This document shows positions 36,001 through 38,631 of a stretch of 40,318 nucleotides of DNA, one piece after another. The position numbers and the translations under genes are program-made. The DNA is from Candidatus Zapsychrus exili. GTDB taxonomy: Bacteria > Omnitrophota > Gorgyraeia > Zapsychrales > Zapsychraceae. The stretch's first letter is position 1, and every line of letters starts with the position of its first letter. A model generated the notes under the pieces. The model saw only the letters and a program-made list of their open reading frames with translations, was not told the origin of the DNA and ran no database searches. The DNA lies in NCBI GenBank assembly GCA_030765585.1, contig JAVCCJ010000121.1:71233-111550 (forward strand). Direction: 5' to 3'.

Positions 36001-38500
36001 TGTGACAGGTCTTTGTGGAGCTTTTACAACATTTGCGACTTTTATTCTTTTCGCAGATTCTTACTTGGGCACGCAAGGTTTACCTATATCAATTGGATAT
36101 ATACTGTTTAATCTTTTAGTGGGTATTGCAGTATTTTACGCAGGGCTTTATTTGACGAAGTTTATTAAAAATAAATTAGATTTAAATTTTCTAGCATTGG
36201 ATAAAAAACAGCTTCTTTTAATGCAAAACTGTTTAATAAATTATCTAAGAGAGAAAGGCCCAGAGGCTGGGCTTGTTCGTTTATTAATGAATAAGCTTGA
36301 TTTTAAAAATGATGTTAAGGTTGTAAATGGTAAAGCTATTATTCGACTTAACTCGGCAATTGAAATTTTAGGCGAGGATGCTTTAAGAGGTATTTATCTT
36401 ACAGAAAAATATGTATTACCTGACGGAGGAGTTACTTATCATGTAGATGAGAATGGAAAAATGTTGCTTCTGGATATCAATTCTTCATCTGCTTGGATTG
36501 GTGCTGATATGGAGGGTCGTGAGGATTGCAAAGCTTGTGTTATAAACGAAGATGGAGAAAAAGTTTGTATTTTAGGTTTGATTGATTTTGATAAAGAGTT
36601 AAGCGAAGAAGAAGAGAAGCGATGGAGAAAATGTAAAAGAAGATATGGTTTTATAAGAATTATTCGCACACGTTATGCATATTTCCCACAAATTTTTTAT
36701 GGATTATATGACGACGGAGAAGACATTTTGTTTGGAGCGGTTTCAGGTCCTTTCGTCCTTTGTTCAGGTCCGATGCAAATTTTGACGCAAGCATTAATGG
36801 CTTTTATGATATTAGTAGATTTATCATTGGCAATAATAGTTAAAATATTTTGGACGATATGGCGCATGACAAGATGTTTATATTTGGCTGATAAGGGTGG
36901 CAAAGAAGGTAAGAATAAGAAAAAGATTGTTGTAGACATAGGAGACGCATGCAAGGATCCAGTCTATAAATTAGCCAAGAAAGAATTTCCTAAAATTAAT
37001 TATTTCTTAGATTTATTTATTAGGGTTATCGTAAGAACTCCTCTTTATATTCCTTATGTTTTTGTTTGTCGTACTTGGCTAGGATGGCGCGACATAGAGT
37101 ATATAACTCGCGCTGTAGATCCAGAGGAAATAGAAATAGTAGACAGTCTTGTGACGCCAGACAGAACTATTTTTGATAAATTAAAAGAATATTCAATTTA
37201 TAAATTTGATTATTTAAGAAAGTTAGGACGCGAGCGTAAGAATATAAAATATAAGAAAGCTTCGTTACGTTTAAAATTGATTCAGAAAAGCGAAGATTCC
37301 TTGGAGCGTTTCCTACGTGACAAGAAACATATATCGTCTTATAAGAAATTAGGACAAGAAAGATTTAATGACAAAAGATCTAGAGAGCTTGAACATGGGT
37401 TTATTTGTATTTCTTTAGGTTATGATGGAAATATTTATCACCTTGCAGGAGTAGAGTCTTTTGTAAGATTATTACGGGCAGTATATGGTAGTAATTTATA
37501 TGATATATCTAAAGAATATTTGAGTACAGAAAGTCAAAAAGAAGCTTATGGCGCAATTAATAAAATAGTAAATAGAGAAATGCTAGGACAGAATAAGTTG
37601 GATCGCAAAAGATTATTAGAGCTTTTACAGGGGTTAATATACTTTGGTTTAATGGAGGATGGCGATATTATTCCTTATACGGGTGTTAAACATTTCAGAA
37701 GGCTTTTAGCTGCTAAACATGGAATGCCTCCAAAGAGGCCTATGCCACCAATGATTAATATAAAAGAGGTAATGAAATTATGCCAAGCTAAAATAATGCC
37801 TATTTGCATAGATATTCCAGGTGTATATATTCGCACTCATGCTCAATGTTCAGGGCATAATCAGAAGCCAAGATATAATCAAAGATTTGGACATTCGCAA
37901 AAATCAAAGCATAACCAGAAATCAGGCCATTCTCAATTATTAGGACATTCGCAACAATCAGGTTATTCTCAGCTATCAAAGCATTCACAGAAGATAGGTC
38001 ATACGCAGAAATCAGACCATTCTCAGTTATCAAAGCATTCACAGAAGTCAAAGCATAGCCAAAAATCAGGTCATTCTCAATGGTCTAAACATAGAAAAGC
38101 TCCAAGATTAAATTCAATTAAAGTAGTTAAGCATGAAATTGAACAAAGAAAGCAGTTTCATACAATTATTAATTATAAAGGCAGAGGTAATATAATAAGG
38201 CCTGCTGGAAGCGATAGGCTAAGAGAGACTTTCTTTAAGGTTATAAGATTTGGTGGGCAACGCGCCTCAACCATGCTTAAATGTGCTCATTCTCCGAGAC
38301 TTGCTAGTTCTCAATTAGCAAGAGACAATATGATTAGCAAAATTATTCCTTTGGAGCAGGTGAAAATTAACACAAAGATGCTTGCTAAACGAGAAAAAGG
38401 AGCGTCTTATATAACTCTTAACTATAAGGGAGATATAAGAATGCCTGCTGGAGTTGGAAATATAAGAAAAGTTATTTTTAAGACAATTAGGGAGATTTAA
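14816..38500 (+). CDS. Giant multidomain protein, segment 3 (about 7,890 aa): chain of enzyme and membrane cargo domains
   Basis: Same frame as segment 2 (6530 and 14852 are both 2 mod 3). It is open directly after the TAA (FKIGDEGVNIVTLPEGS...) and ends at TAA 38498-38500. Confidence 0.92.
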   Translation, partial: FKIGDEGVNIVTLPEGSIVADLLAHFRVNYFGNNVEMKSLESYNKLGLRSVLKNGQLVYIKKLSGKMPGMSRLKYHDMKSYRGKLKWTEFSKPSDKKDATVKGKQMLEKATKVLFAGKREKERLRILSDVVSKIGFKFSGANDLAELYRAIYFEALTVDEASDFIVKAQNKIKRYIPYAAGEEGKDDKKTNMNAFNPLLLLGLNSFVSGEMLLAVGVLSIIAIVAWFVLRRSSPALSNISRLFILIFKKALPYKFNKETAHKRSIEGEDNVIKDKSSEKFSNMFDTSDNLLRALDDQGIYRLISLVKRFRKEALNTLLSPLSRGDFFSRVKIAVSNFKFMSQLSDSKDKKYGGVNWDRCILATLFCSNLGFIAFGKDGEVKQEFEDIVQWDFKRENRIIKNTAPYLSLAGLETYRRQYISDLKHVYISEYIARTKIFESKLFRNVFTEKEKKIISFLIWYHHTLIELAGYGALKDQADLSVMLRDILDVSNSTGLSKKELLDMLYAATLSDSFLKGKTKAVGLNTAAKKTMLGIIDVLNEEYTEDSASIEVVKKLCEDKILNQIRELRSEPDAIFTEHLAEMIKHKTYDEIRPLVEAYKLASWGYFGARRQEKFDSLEGKKMRRSVIVHAVRTLRHHITYDVETNIIKILHDIFEDTEIPEEIIEEIFGKDILYCLQLLNKKRIEAKLSLGIKLYFIETIYRWKLIAKQRMDIFYEKYGFYYNEKQYAYYMAILFSYGGYKTQLAKCADLVDNFLTIAAKRNKSGLLAKYAGIAIPFIIEMSILNKEDKHEFLNNLLKGITILLKQRDIDAGLIKQCEQFRKTVHYYRNFIENDSKKIESVSLIQKFLYGRSKTVKSFIKIFGIAVPLFSVYARRIVRYILPYIFIDNLKKEYRSDTLGRTRVLIKGNSLYITGKRRMLWILLRFITVFIINKTIRTIFTGVLEEKDVSYLSVRKIKKSHRSIFDANLLSVSPILLLDSNFVILAVIFFISYRIFNHYLSNAPPIKVKGKRQSVKDYKLKPLEQIVIQFLSDLFRGWYRRINSAWGRIRISALTVFSYDNRLPRAVDFAREKPNSTLPDDPIEREFAVQQEIRSTNTVASFELSYVRDAIKISLDIVGLHDSEIHQILVNMLSLEIRAGPMKNIYGAFKENILYLDKTLLNPRNWKKLIKTLIHEAGVPLGRSDTQNEKFAFSFNDKLKKNPFKNIRYYKNYRKIVSSLKKIDIDINFAKNIICSLELPLFLQFNRLYWNREYPEKRILREEIETMQWYIKSFKKLELLTVEAVEAKLLRDVKKHVGDVAYEQTKRVIDGIRSKHEGVVGKTYNRQTLRYAIKETAKIICLTRVQLERQEKRGLLFTKFNVKGKNIDELPIIPIDNKGNILEHLLFWANDYDKVPNSDYYRARKMSIRDLAYEKYKDSPQQLKILFAFLKPQVTFASVSAPIFLIGLDPTVLLLSAIVVAIGFVVFKLLNNKRSDNKLEKDAGIKTYTNVTKQYTEDIIKEAVRQQRDALLEALVRHNEGTVGSLPREQDIFFLQDFSGETTLSARVLDSKCGIVQEDLYRRLSMLKAYVDNGTGIKIFLHNAFNIFFTRGHAFLVVSDGKEIFLVDTSFEQFFVLNNGDKKENGYEGYIIRTKKDNGSWKKIAYELREKGYVRLTQEFLEMYASILRQEYNLTREATVEDMLASDPYYLQYDDSRLKQWLGDVVVPQWAKDYRIEFLTNSLADEAVVLNSFLFPISLILVFVCLFVQNGSGTEFVYDIFAWMQTLISSSSEEVYCAASLLLASFVSGKDPDSSEANEMVLDALEEAGIDFTKLTYDKWATLLALANSLDKSITTDRGKIRFEQFKRSIKDLSSIDIAVDGRVLFEHKVAKISRSRLAYFIGKPGEMAADLLFVQAQANINKNQFNKPRGWKIAIVIDLPLKKSVLDDIKNNLIAFVEKDKRLSNLNGFIKDGNVEVLVRSEKNISEDVSDFLYDLSDRKGTIIVKGLKDSKYLDLFSARRFYLLRAKDKKEAVVSGVLRGDVVIGYIPRRYKNRLALDRETLRSITLYRNLKYWFQVLQDDAPKRKKAQEEIISAEAMFLYLLPLLLYFKESKRKIHPIFIKRGSLLLIEPWKSLIDKLKDLGIANFDSNYTTERISSYKEEGDLAKTINTILNPREIQRPVSGLLWKKVLEAYNNLDESDRNIILGFLRKNSANDNIEFKDLEGKKIGQIVMLISEAGIDERYQNFFLKRKLAKKNWNIDDEDIENIRSIDSQLAEQIENLLHYKESQPELFTEEIRDLFFRYDGNLSQEMRNKTKHIVRPILNLLLSETKFYKLIKEKEVMLIDEALAGGATVITSELIMNSFDDGNVFRFAAIDMWDPAYSPSSIVDILVTSNSMIEEDAPEKLEVLRYAKVEIDGVAKYEEITIFRAIEELKEEYLSSIGEEGKDISNKELESIVRRKVGSDMWGSEFNMKLDRFINKYFIDYISDDYSFDVIKSLIKNYLRQHDVSLVDFKEIKAPYGWKHSSVKKFKENSDKILGTLRQLDKEGNENIEEMRKLDRGVSDLDMLKTLFDWQKESETYKNRQKEGIEKIGENVTFRNFIVKYINGPSTVSKASQIYEQKQEAVKEYPQFLGTSDKIKMAVFDWDGTLSRIREGWEHILTVLVAVMIAGKHLQDSEWTDIITSIIKGESTQDHFRLPLIKTLVEKGRIDEESLKWAYDMVENSKGLTNREQVYSVYREAQNRGINEDKFNWVIDHFERKSGLSPPKEVYDLLTQFFLDKVYELRGARLEMIRNSNISFKKFLFPKTVEFLYKLNEIDVPCYILTGSDKSGVVEEAKALGLSDLVVDIIGFDIDEKETKGKDKIMQVLIDRSINDKFIEHSQEVLVIGDGKVEIKAGKDIGCLTIALKNQENKKSFEYIEKLEPDFIIELLSTKERIKQGVKRDIFRALQEGKKKSTVRILEDLVSLSSGEEIAEDYIETVKIPSAKELLPLRYFPPVSNPNITLNAVYDISEENGHDVEGYRRKLVLFKVGDKEHVEDFGDLLIESIKKNISDLSDWCIACRIATPEHATQMLGEYIAERLKLDVVYLEQREWPVGYVNMTRAERYKAAQDITVILSPEKIQNKKVIVIDDVVDSGGILSGLATTLMKAEAKKVSAFVVFRSAESSFEREIYPSLFKDPVFLRDVIIRMKGKIALGGIKYLMRFIEDDLQVFSETILNLQDDTRKEMFKRSLQYLQIVPNKYAAYLIHSMLSLIAQEKYGQVYEDLSFDNKIFVLSETKKMFSRGDLSDEDHTLFVSSQDWISPSLAVFYAYLKGYNFVVFKDRRDLSGEENLVKHREKTEEALQAAKIFMVFVGSPYYTTLSRKIYAKEEKEERVLPKEYRAELRLLSNKLKRIRNEHRSAINKLNTLEKHLIMEYASFYAEKSIKIFEEICNLAVDVLEKEGVSISSQDFSISLVGSVAREEATVESDIEFDYIAKNEVVAKTIEKALAPLLAYSLRRVGFDIGPSDELYNRHISTRYQLKTNKLFDVRMREQDRLSTLIRFLDYRLVYGSESVYETFLILVRKEIMGDYSKSLAMVVNATNEYIEIAKLGHGRFSGRNFVVLYDLARKVSFDVKWIVNLVEIAMKEMTIRKLPMLLTDKFFSIDKMPKKKAELLEFFNSHAFFNNDTLEQVENVVRSYRRLLQYRQEKAARNALNKPTKFYPEFIGDISVVGSFVLKHIASRRAVEVPIVQNETTGKDIKIFTDSFPDGETYLRILNPLDVKQGNLSVICELNSCKDFVKIMLLTGALRFYGAKEIHLVLSTSSDIIGDNGQEYILHHYSNSVSYAGGGLVKILSESHRVKNKGHIVIDRVLYQHARFKNDADKASRKLFVESEKIEIVKIEENPLCWNVSLPSNIKNKNVALIHSTENDQDIVELWFMLIALRDAEVKSVSLVSTYEGYSRQDKIFKPGESKSSEIILNIINKFVDKHITFNVHYGEESGWIKLDSLDIYNANMFVSLVKGMINWMIKKSGNINQFLEEVKRHPILLLGPDDGSFPYVEEIVAVVKSYLKQQYGVEIDIYSGYLDKFRESGTKVVIPGYILGKDGEKIVKVGGVDINECWSLVLDDETSYGSTLLVATFALVRKMGFSWQRILSGIVHGKLARGLQPFETGWDEDEIGEVKEPKSEYIDEEKEHMAPRALFSTKSVNLPEIFPVQQEIRIGSAIGNLLSSLDKSDNDALPFYSFIIPAFLFIYIVLLFRYVILSSFMSPIERVNGKWLDYRIESLKNKLAWIQRLFHAPPKTAATTDVATVATPIIATIITSNSASKVVPVVDETKKENVNQPSLQVLSICYLNVFRSRILSIYFRRLWYEHNIFNATGRRIIFLDRGFVAASSDIIEKTCDLIRSYLQREESPLKDVLLGHYSKDINKVVKIRPRTVSEKNILESNIILVAKESHKSEILKKYGHILDKNKHIRVYLISEFLPETHFFYKKDVPDVGEHPVVDEKDAIVEWTPYKLLELYQLLDFDNILNQLSIKLPNVEEALSLKIKDFCEDNQELLWKIMREKLAANSWSMQKRIKVGNICGPFSYMLAKVLCAVFDASLVDMKDITFMPEGGFVSVDGKYRQHAWINFCYKGKPLLIIDPTRFQYDDKYKDKILVDNYDLEKYGYRPAENYLREQLGIIMEDEINLVKSNYFNIGDQRKKGKLNLREELLYLFVSFEFLANSPNKIFGRRQVYSYGLIIEEMLKQVSLEGDNREKALSYFDNNLAVDNPDFNCFVLPAFLPLLISFNFGFVEVTVAMIIFALLIDVATGAITTFIGQLFATRFAIRKWDYKFAFKMGIWGATVGAQIYLFFNLINLIIPAEIGLTTEFIRTVLLGAFGVFVLFESNIISYLISKKENSINEEVNKMISLSLQDKAKEIREFLRNPKNIDWVFIIVPLGAFKDFLSQRLDNEIFYIISGMVIFIFHRFIYERTNSIVVPFVKKTLNLISPAKDKSGFIYEELYKNVQMDLVQVNDKVEAANVAAARFFYHLQQWFNGEGKKDLDAMFTLMLATGNSPEMAYKKIADVLNSWYAAKTQKWLIKNGINLTVKPDMRRVIAFHLDTVMPQKRTDYFAFVNIINKWCDKFGIPENQRYLWYGDLKVAKDGELKQMSDTEFKVLIEDIDNRDLKVEEFKRAALVAEDCQYNFFTAMKMQLTLLSSKLNSLGGSNLVFGSTGPSYEGKGHVAFVESGYGDRQHAFMGLGEYHFAASQAPQNGGYSDIIGKYGYLTFAIPEFVQRKDANLIWIVLDNKKRNTVLNMVEGNHGIDVNEYPAVGLQKSNGILIVDNASASELLLNKYPWDFKVFKNRDWVFNLGKQLFIRTSKRLGVLVKDLTEEQFINAEGSHGLIRDIREKNLKSLISSMSWDRWKEVVISGLNKNIKLSKPEAFARKVWGNNFVDEIIVARKTKDELLEEETLLTGDTEDFYPKLMQAQERLMRLQKVVVLADPHLDDSFLADPDMFKQLIEAEFIRVYSICATIGSEAVSDKLIKEMLEYILTWDQEKIDIARSLNRQGAAKTILLMAIKNSESKSLLSYNVRSKMTEAEWDLRTQLFFNYVAIKMLKAEELKAKEEVSLRFNYLLKSLEDKPKWGYKDVALIGKMKGIVRIIENKTAMLSWGIMYKDIFDPLEPSYYASGVKLGTASLKDIDSIMTIMKMIIDKHGRIDVVFGNGEGFQDYGTHATVEATVIAALLNFVEEKIIDPAKFKYITYAGVWERTKTEEANLSIVYTKREIEEFKERFRQLYVSQAPAEIPDAGHEQLILFSEAVERNGLKTADELKSIIELDSKVVNILDEGGIVLNFRIRNLSDKDVRRGLQDKVNELNHLRGILKQTSYVALYGELPTNNFPLPTDNLHKNFDPRGSAIFAAQLMKDKSILNSHVWPLMIVGMIGSMPLWLGYVAVVSILAVIVLRYIKNRWSIVKTKQEIILNELENIVFKEGDDVAEYLRDESRIKGKADKVFVPRDYIEIEKILREANRRKVPVTISGARTGLVAAAVPNDGWVISMERINEIIKIKKNKDGNAGSIVVGAGARLGDIREAAENEGLFFPVNQTEVSATMGGAINTNGSGSWVFKYGITRQYVKSLSVVLANGQALRIDRGEYFSDKQGYFRIPSSNGKRLRLKAPSYKMPSVRSSAGYYSKENMDLIDLFIGSEGTLGVIVQAELELIKKPENILTALIFYEEIKDALAFVSQAKNISRANWKGKPNNFSLRAIEYIDISALRYLEDTKYSGIIPAWVFDNNGENPCAILVEQELPKDVDLNNIYDNSEVDQLLSLIGEGRLDDTIVADPKDILSYRRIVDFRAVIPKTINDKSNVKIEKMGTDLIVPEDRIEEFLLFAIAALKMSGTQYAIWGHISEAQLHINLIPKNAQERQWAIKDYDQLVAEVVDMGGSVAAEHGIGKLKHRYLEMMYGKEAIDQMLAVKLVLDENMILGKNNIFSNNGDDISRALMLNLDHRAAKKVGIIKEKSKGKRYVVAKSQLIELIENYVRIGAEEDRKIELLSKMESIVEKHPSLYLNIISRYMLEIDRFARNVLSELVHKLLVSGSDALTPDVLELMRKGFVLSLTRAQRHNLQVTIEEAVEQYSDKVGTSSIPLVLNYYVLINDKERAVKDFPYLLNIVLSSQDKENVFISEIRMSNVIEVAPELFDDIVSSYIKETNPTIKEKLSDAIASNFKEFMLETSADRHILKYLDYLRRNAKSDIEKINFVKCILNITNYDTEKTSDIDSLMILIDSVYDSAIPSLSNESLMLTISNLTDSIGSSNIPLRVYERIKGIKTDSQEQEFIKSRILSEADNGVNKNNAVLYSFVPLFMIFALVSPIVEFVNSWIISNPALIIWTPIVVGGAFGTFLRVKMSDHIGQKLSRIFPYGTLIVNLLGTFILGFVIGTVRAGQGFVPVWVVAGFLGAFTTFSTFILERYNLVKDKKSKNALIYIVASIIGGYILFANGKIFGTLSFDKGFNMYILALSLIVPVAVLKAIGLRLRELVRDIFSSIKLKELLALLTGGMLGAFLRVWLSSFTEEPFFVNIIGAFFIGVFVVLLKNTILRKLFFVTGLCGAFTTFATFILFADSYLGTQGLPISIGYILFNLLVGIAVFYAGLYLTKFIKNKLDLNFLALDKKQLLLMQNCLINYLREKGPEAGLVRLLMNKLDFKNDVKVVNGKAIIRLNSAIEILGEDALRGIYLTEKYVLPDGGVTYHVDENGKMLLLDINSSSAWIGADMEGREDCKACVINEDGEKVCILGLIDFDKELSEEEEKRWRKCKRRYGFIRIIRTRYAYFPQIFYGLYDDGEDILFGAVSGPFVLCSGPMQILTQALMAFMILVDLSLAIIVKIFWTIWRMTRCLYLADKGGKEGKNKKKIVVDIGDACKDPVYKLAKKEFPKINYFLDLFIRVIVRTPLYIPYVFVCRTWLGWRDIEYITRAVDPEEIEIVDSLVTPDRTIFDKLKEYSIYKFDYLRKLGRERKNIKYKKASLRLKLIQKSEDSLERFLRDKKHISSYKKLGQERFNDKRSRELEHGFICISLGYDGNIYHLAGVESFVRLLRAVYGSNLYDISKEYLSTESQKEAYGAINKIVNREMLGQNKLDRKRLLELLQGLIYFGLMEDGDIIPYTGVKHFRRLLAAKHGMPPKRPMPPMINIKEVMKLCQAKIMPICIDIPGVYIRTHAQCSGHNQKPRYNQRFGHSQKSKHNQKSGHSQLLGHSQQSGYSQLSKHSQKIGHTQKSDHSQLSKHSQKSKHSQKSGHSQWSKHRKAPRLNSIKVVKHEIEQRKQFHTIINYKGRGNIIRPAGSDRLRETFFKVIRFGGQRASTMLKCAHSPRLASSQLARDNMISKIIPLEQVKINTKMLAKREKGASYITLNYKGDIRMPAGVGNIRKVIFKTIREI
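16150..16370 (+). other. GlnD/CCA-type HD-domain C-terminal-like helical region
   Basis: ISFLIWYHH...LLDMLYAATLSD resembles the 'LVxxH...LxxLYxLTxAD' pattern. Confidence 0.35.
16590..17170 (+). other. HD domain of the SpoT/Mesh1 (p)ppGpp hydrolase type
   Basis: AYKLA...IVHAVR...LHDIFEDT (HD at 16766)...IEEIFGKDI...LLNK...LAKCADLVDN. Confidence 0.8.
19300..19960 (+). other. Papain/transglutaminase-like Cys-His-Asp domain 1
   Basis: KCG (Cys 19469), GHAFLVV (His 19589), FLVDTSFEQF (Asp 19634). Confidence 0.6.
21050..21970 (+). other. Divergent type I phosphoribosyltransferase-like domain with helical insert
   Basis: IFIKRGS, and a PRPP-loop-like VMLIDEALAGGAT at about 21782-21820. Confidence 0.45.
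22676..23560 (+). other. HAD-superfamily hydrolase domain
   Basis: Motif I FDWDGT (22694), motif II ILTGS, a Lys in KGKDK, motif IV VIGDGKVEIKAG. Confidence 0.88.
23780..24260 (+). other. Type I phosphoribosyltransferase domain (ComF-like)
   Basis: KKVIVIDDVVDSGGIL...LMKAEAKKVSAFVV. Confidence 0.85.
24950..25930 (+). other. GlnD/GlnE/DUF294-type nucleotidyltransferase domain
   Basis: SLVGSVAREEATVESDIEF (GS...DxE at 25142), LDYRLVYGS, FDVK, and a helical substrate-binding tail. Confidence 0.8.
25985..27400 (+). other. Ribose-phosphate pyrophosphokinase (PRPP synthetase)-like region with a duplicated N-domain
   Basis: FPDGETYLRI, GYSRQDKIFKPGE, GPDDGS, LDKFR, VLDDETSYGSTL, IVHG. Confidence 0.85.
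27755..28300 (+). other. Low-molecular-weight protein tyrosine phosphatase/ArsC-like domain
   Basis: P-loop ICYLNVFRS (CX5RS, Cys 27773), PRTVS...NIILVAKESHK, DVPD. Confidence 0.8.
28380..28800 (+). other. Papain/transglutaminase-like Cys-His-Asp domain 2
   Basis: NICGPFS (Cys 28472), QHAWINF (His 28601), IIDPTRFQY (Asp 28649). Confidence 0.7.
29130..29650 (+). other. Multi-TM domain, weakly Mpv17/PMP22-like
   Basis: GAITTFIGQLFA...WDYKFAFKMGIWG...YLFFNLINLIIP pattern. Confidence 0.35.
29750..30740 (+). other. Glucosamine-6-phosphate deaminase (NagB)-like domain
   Basis: LMLATGNSPEMAY (LGLATGSTP), AFHLD (TFNLD), GHVAF (GHIAF), YPAVGLQ, LIVDNASASEL. Confidence 0.85.
31170..32150 (+). other. 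PIG-L/LmbE-family N-deacetylase domain fused to NagB
   Basis: VVLADPHLDD (PHPDD) at about 31178-31207, DYGTHAT, YAGVW, YVSQ. This matches the long NagB plus PIG-L fusion layout known from Bacteroidota. Confidence 0.75.
32670..34170 (+). other. FAD-linked oxidase (GlcD/D-lactate dehydrogenase, VAO family)
   Basis: SGARTGLVAAAVP, ATMGGAINTNGSG, FIGSEGTLGVI, WGHISEAQLHINL, AEHGIGKLK. Confidence 0.93.
35366..36160 (+). other. Tandem CrcB/Fluc fluoride-channel domains joined by an extra TM helix
   Basis: Copy 1: GGAFGTFLR...FPYGTLIVNLLGTFILG...GFLGAFTTFSTF. Linker: MYILALSLIVPVAVL. Copy 2: GGMLGAFLR...FVNIIGAFFIG...TGLCGAFTTFATF. Confidence 0.92.
37838..38092 (+). repeat. 14 imperfect 18-bp tandem repeats encoding [HY]-[SNTA]-Q-x-S-[GK] hexapeptides
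   Basis: HAQCSG HNQKPR YNQRFG HSQKSK HNQKSG HSQLLG HSQQSG YSQLSK HSQKIG HTQKSD HSQLSK HSQKSK HSQKSG HSQWSK H. Confidence 0.92.
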
Positions 38501-38539
38501 TTGTTTATATTGACCTATACCCCTTGAAACTACCCTGCC

Positions 38540-38567
38540 TTGTTAATTTAATATAATATGTTATACT
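38540..38567 (+). promoter_or_regulatory. Putative sigma70 promoter for the TPR gene
   Basis: TTGTTA (38540-38545), a 16-nt spacer, and an extended -10 TGtTATACT (38559-38567). An overlapping TATAAT lies at 38554-38559. Confidence 0.5.
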
Positions 38568-38631
38568 TTCTCTACTATATAAGTTATTAAGTTTAAAAAT
38601 AAGTACGAGTAATAATAGATTGGAGATATAA

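Noticed and set aside
37800..38051. Minus-strand ORF with repeats (VNALI.EN.LI)
   Set aside because: It is the antisense reading of the 18-bp His-x-Gln repeat.
37838..38092. Repeat array as a CRISPR
   Set aside because: It consists of contiguous, degenerate, in-frame 18-bp units with no unique spacers, and no cas genes are present.
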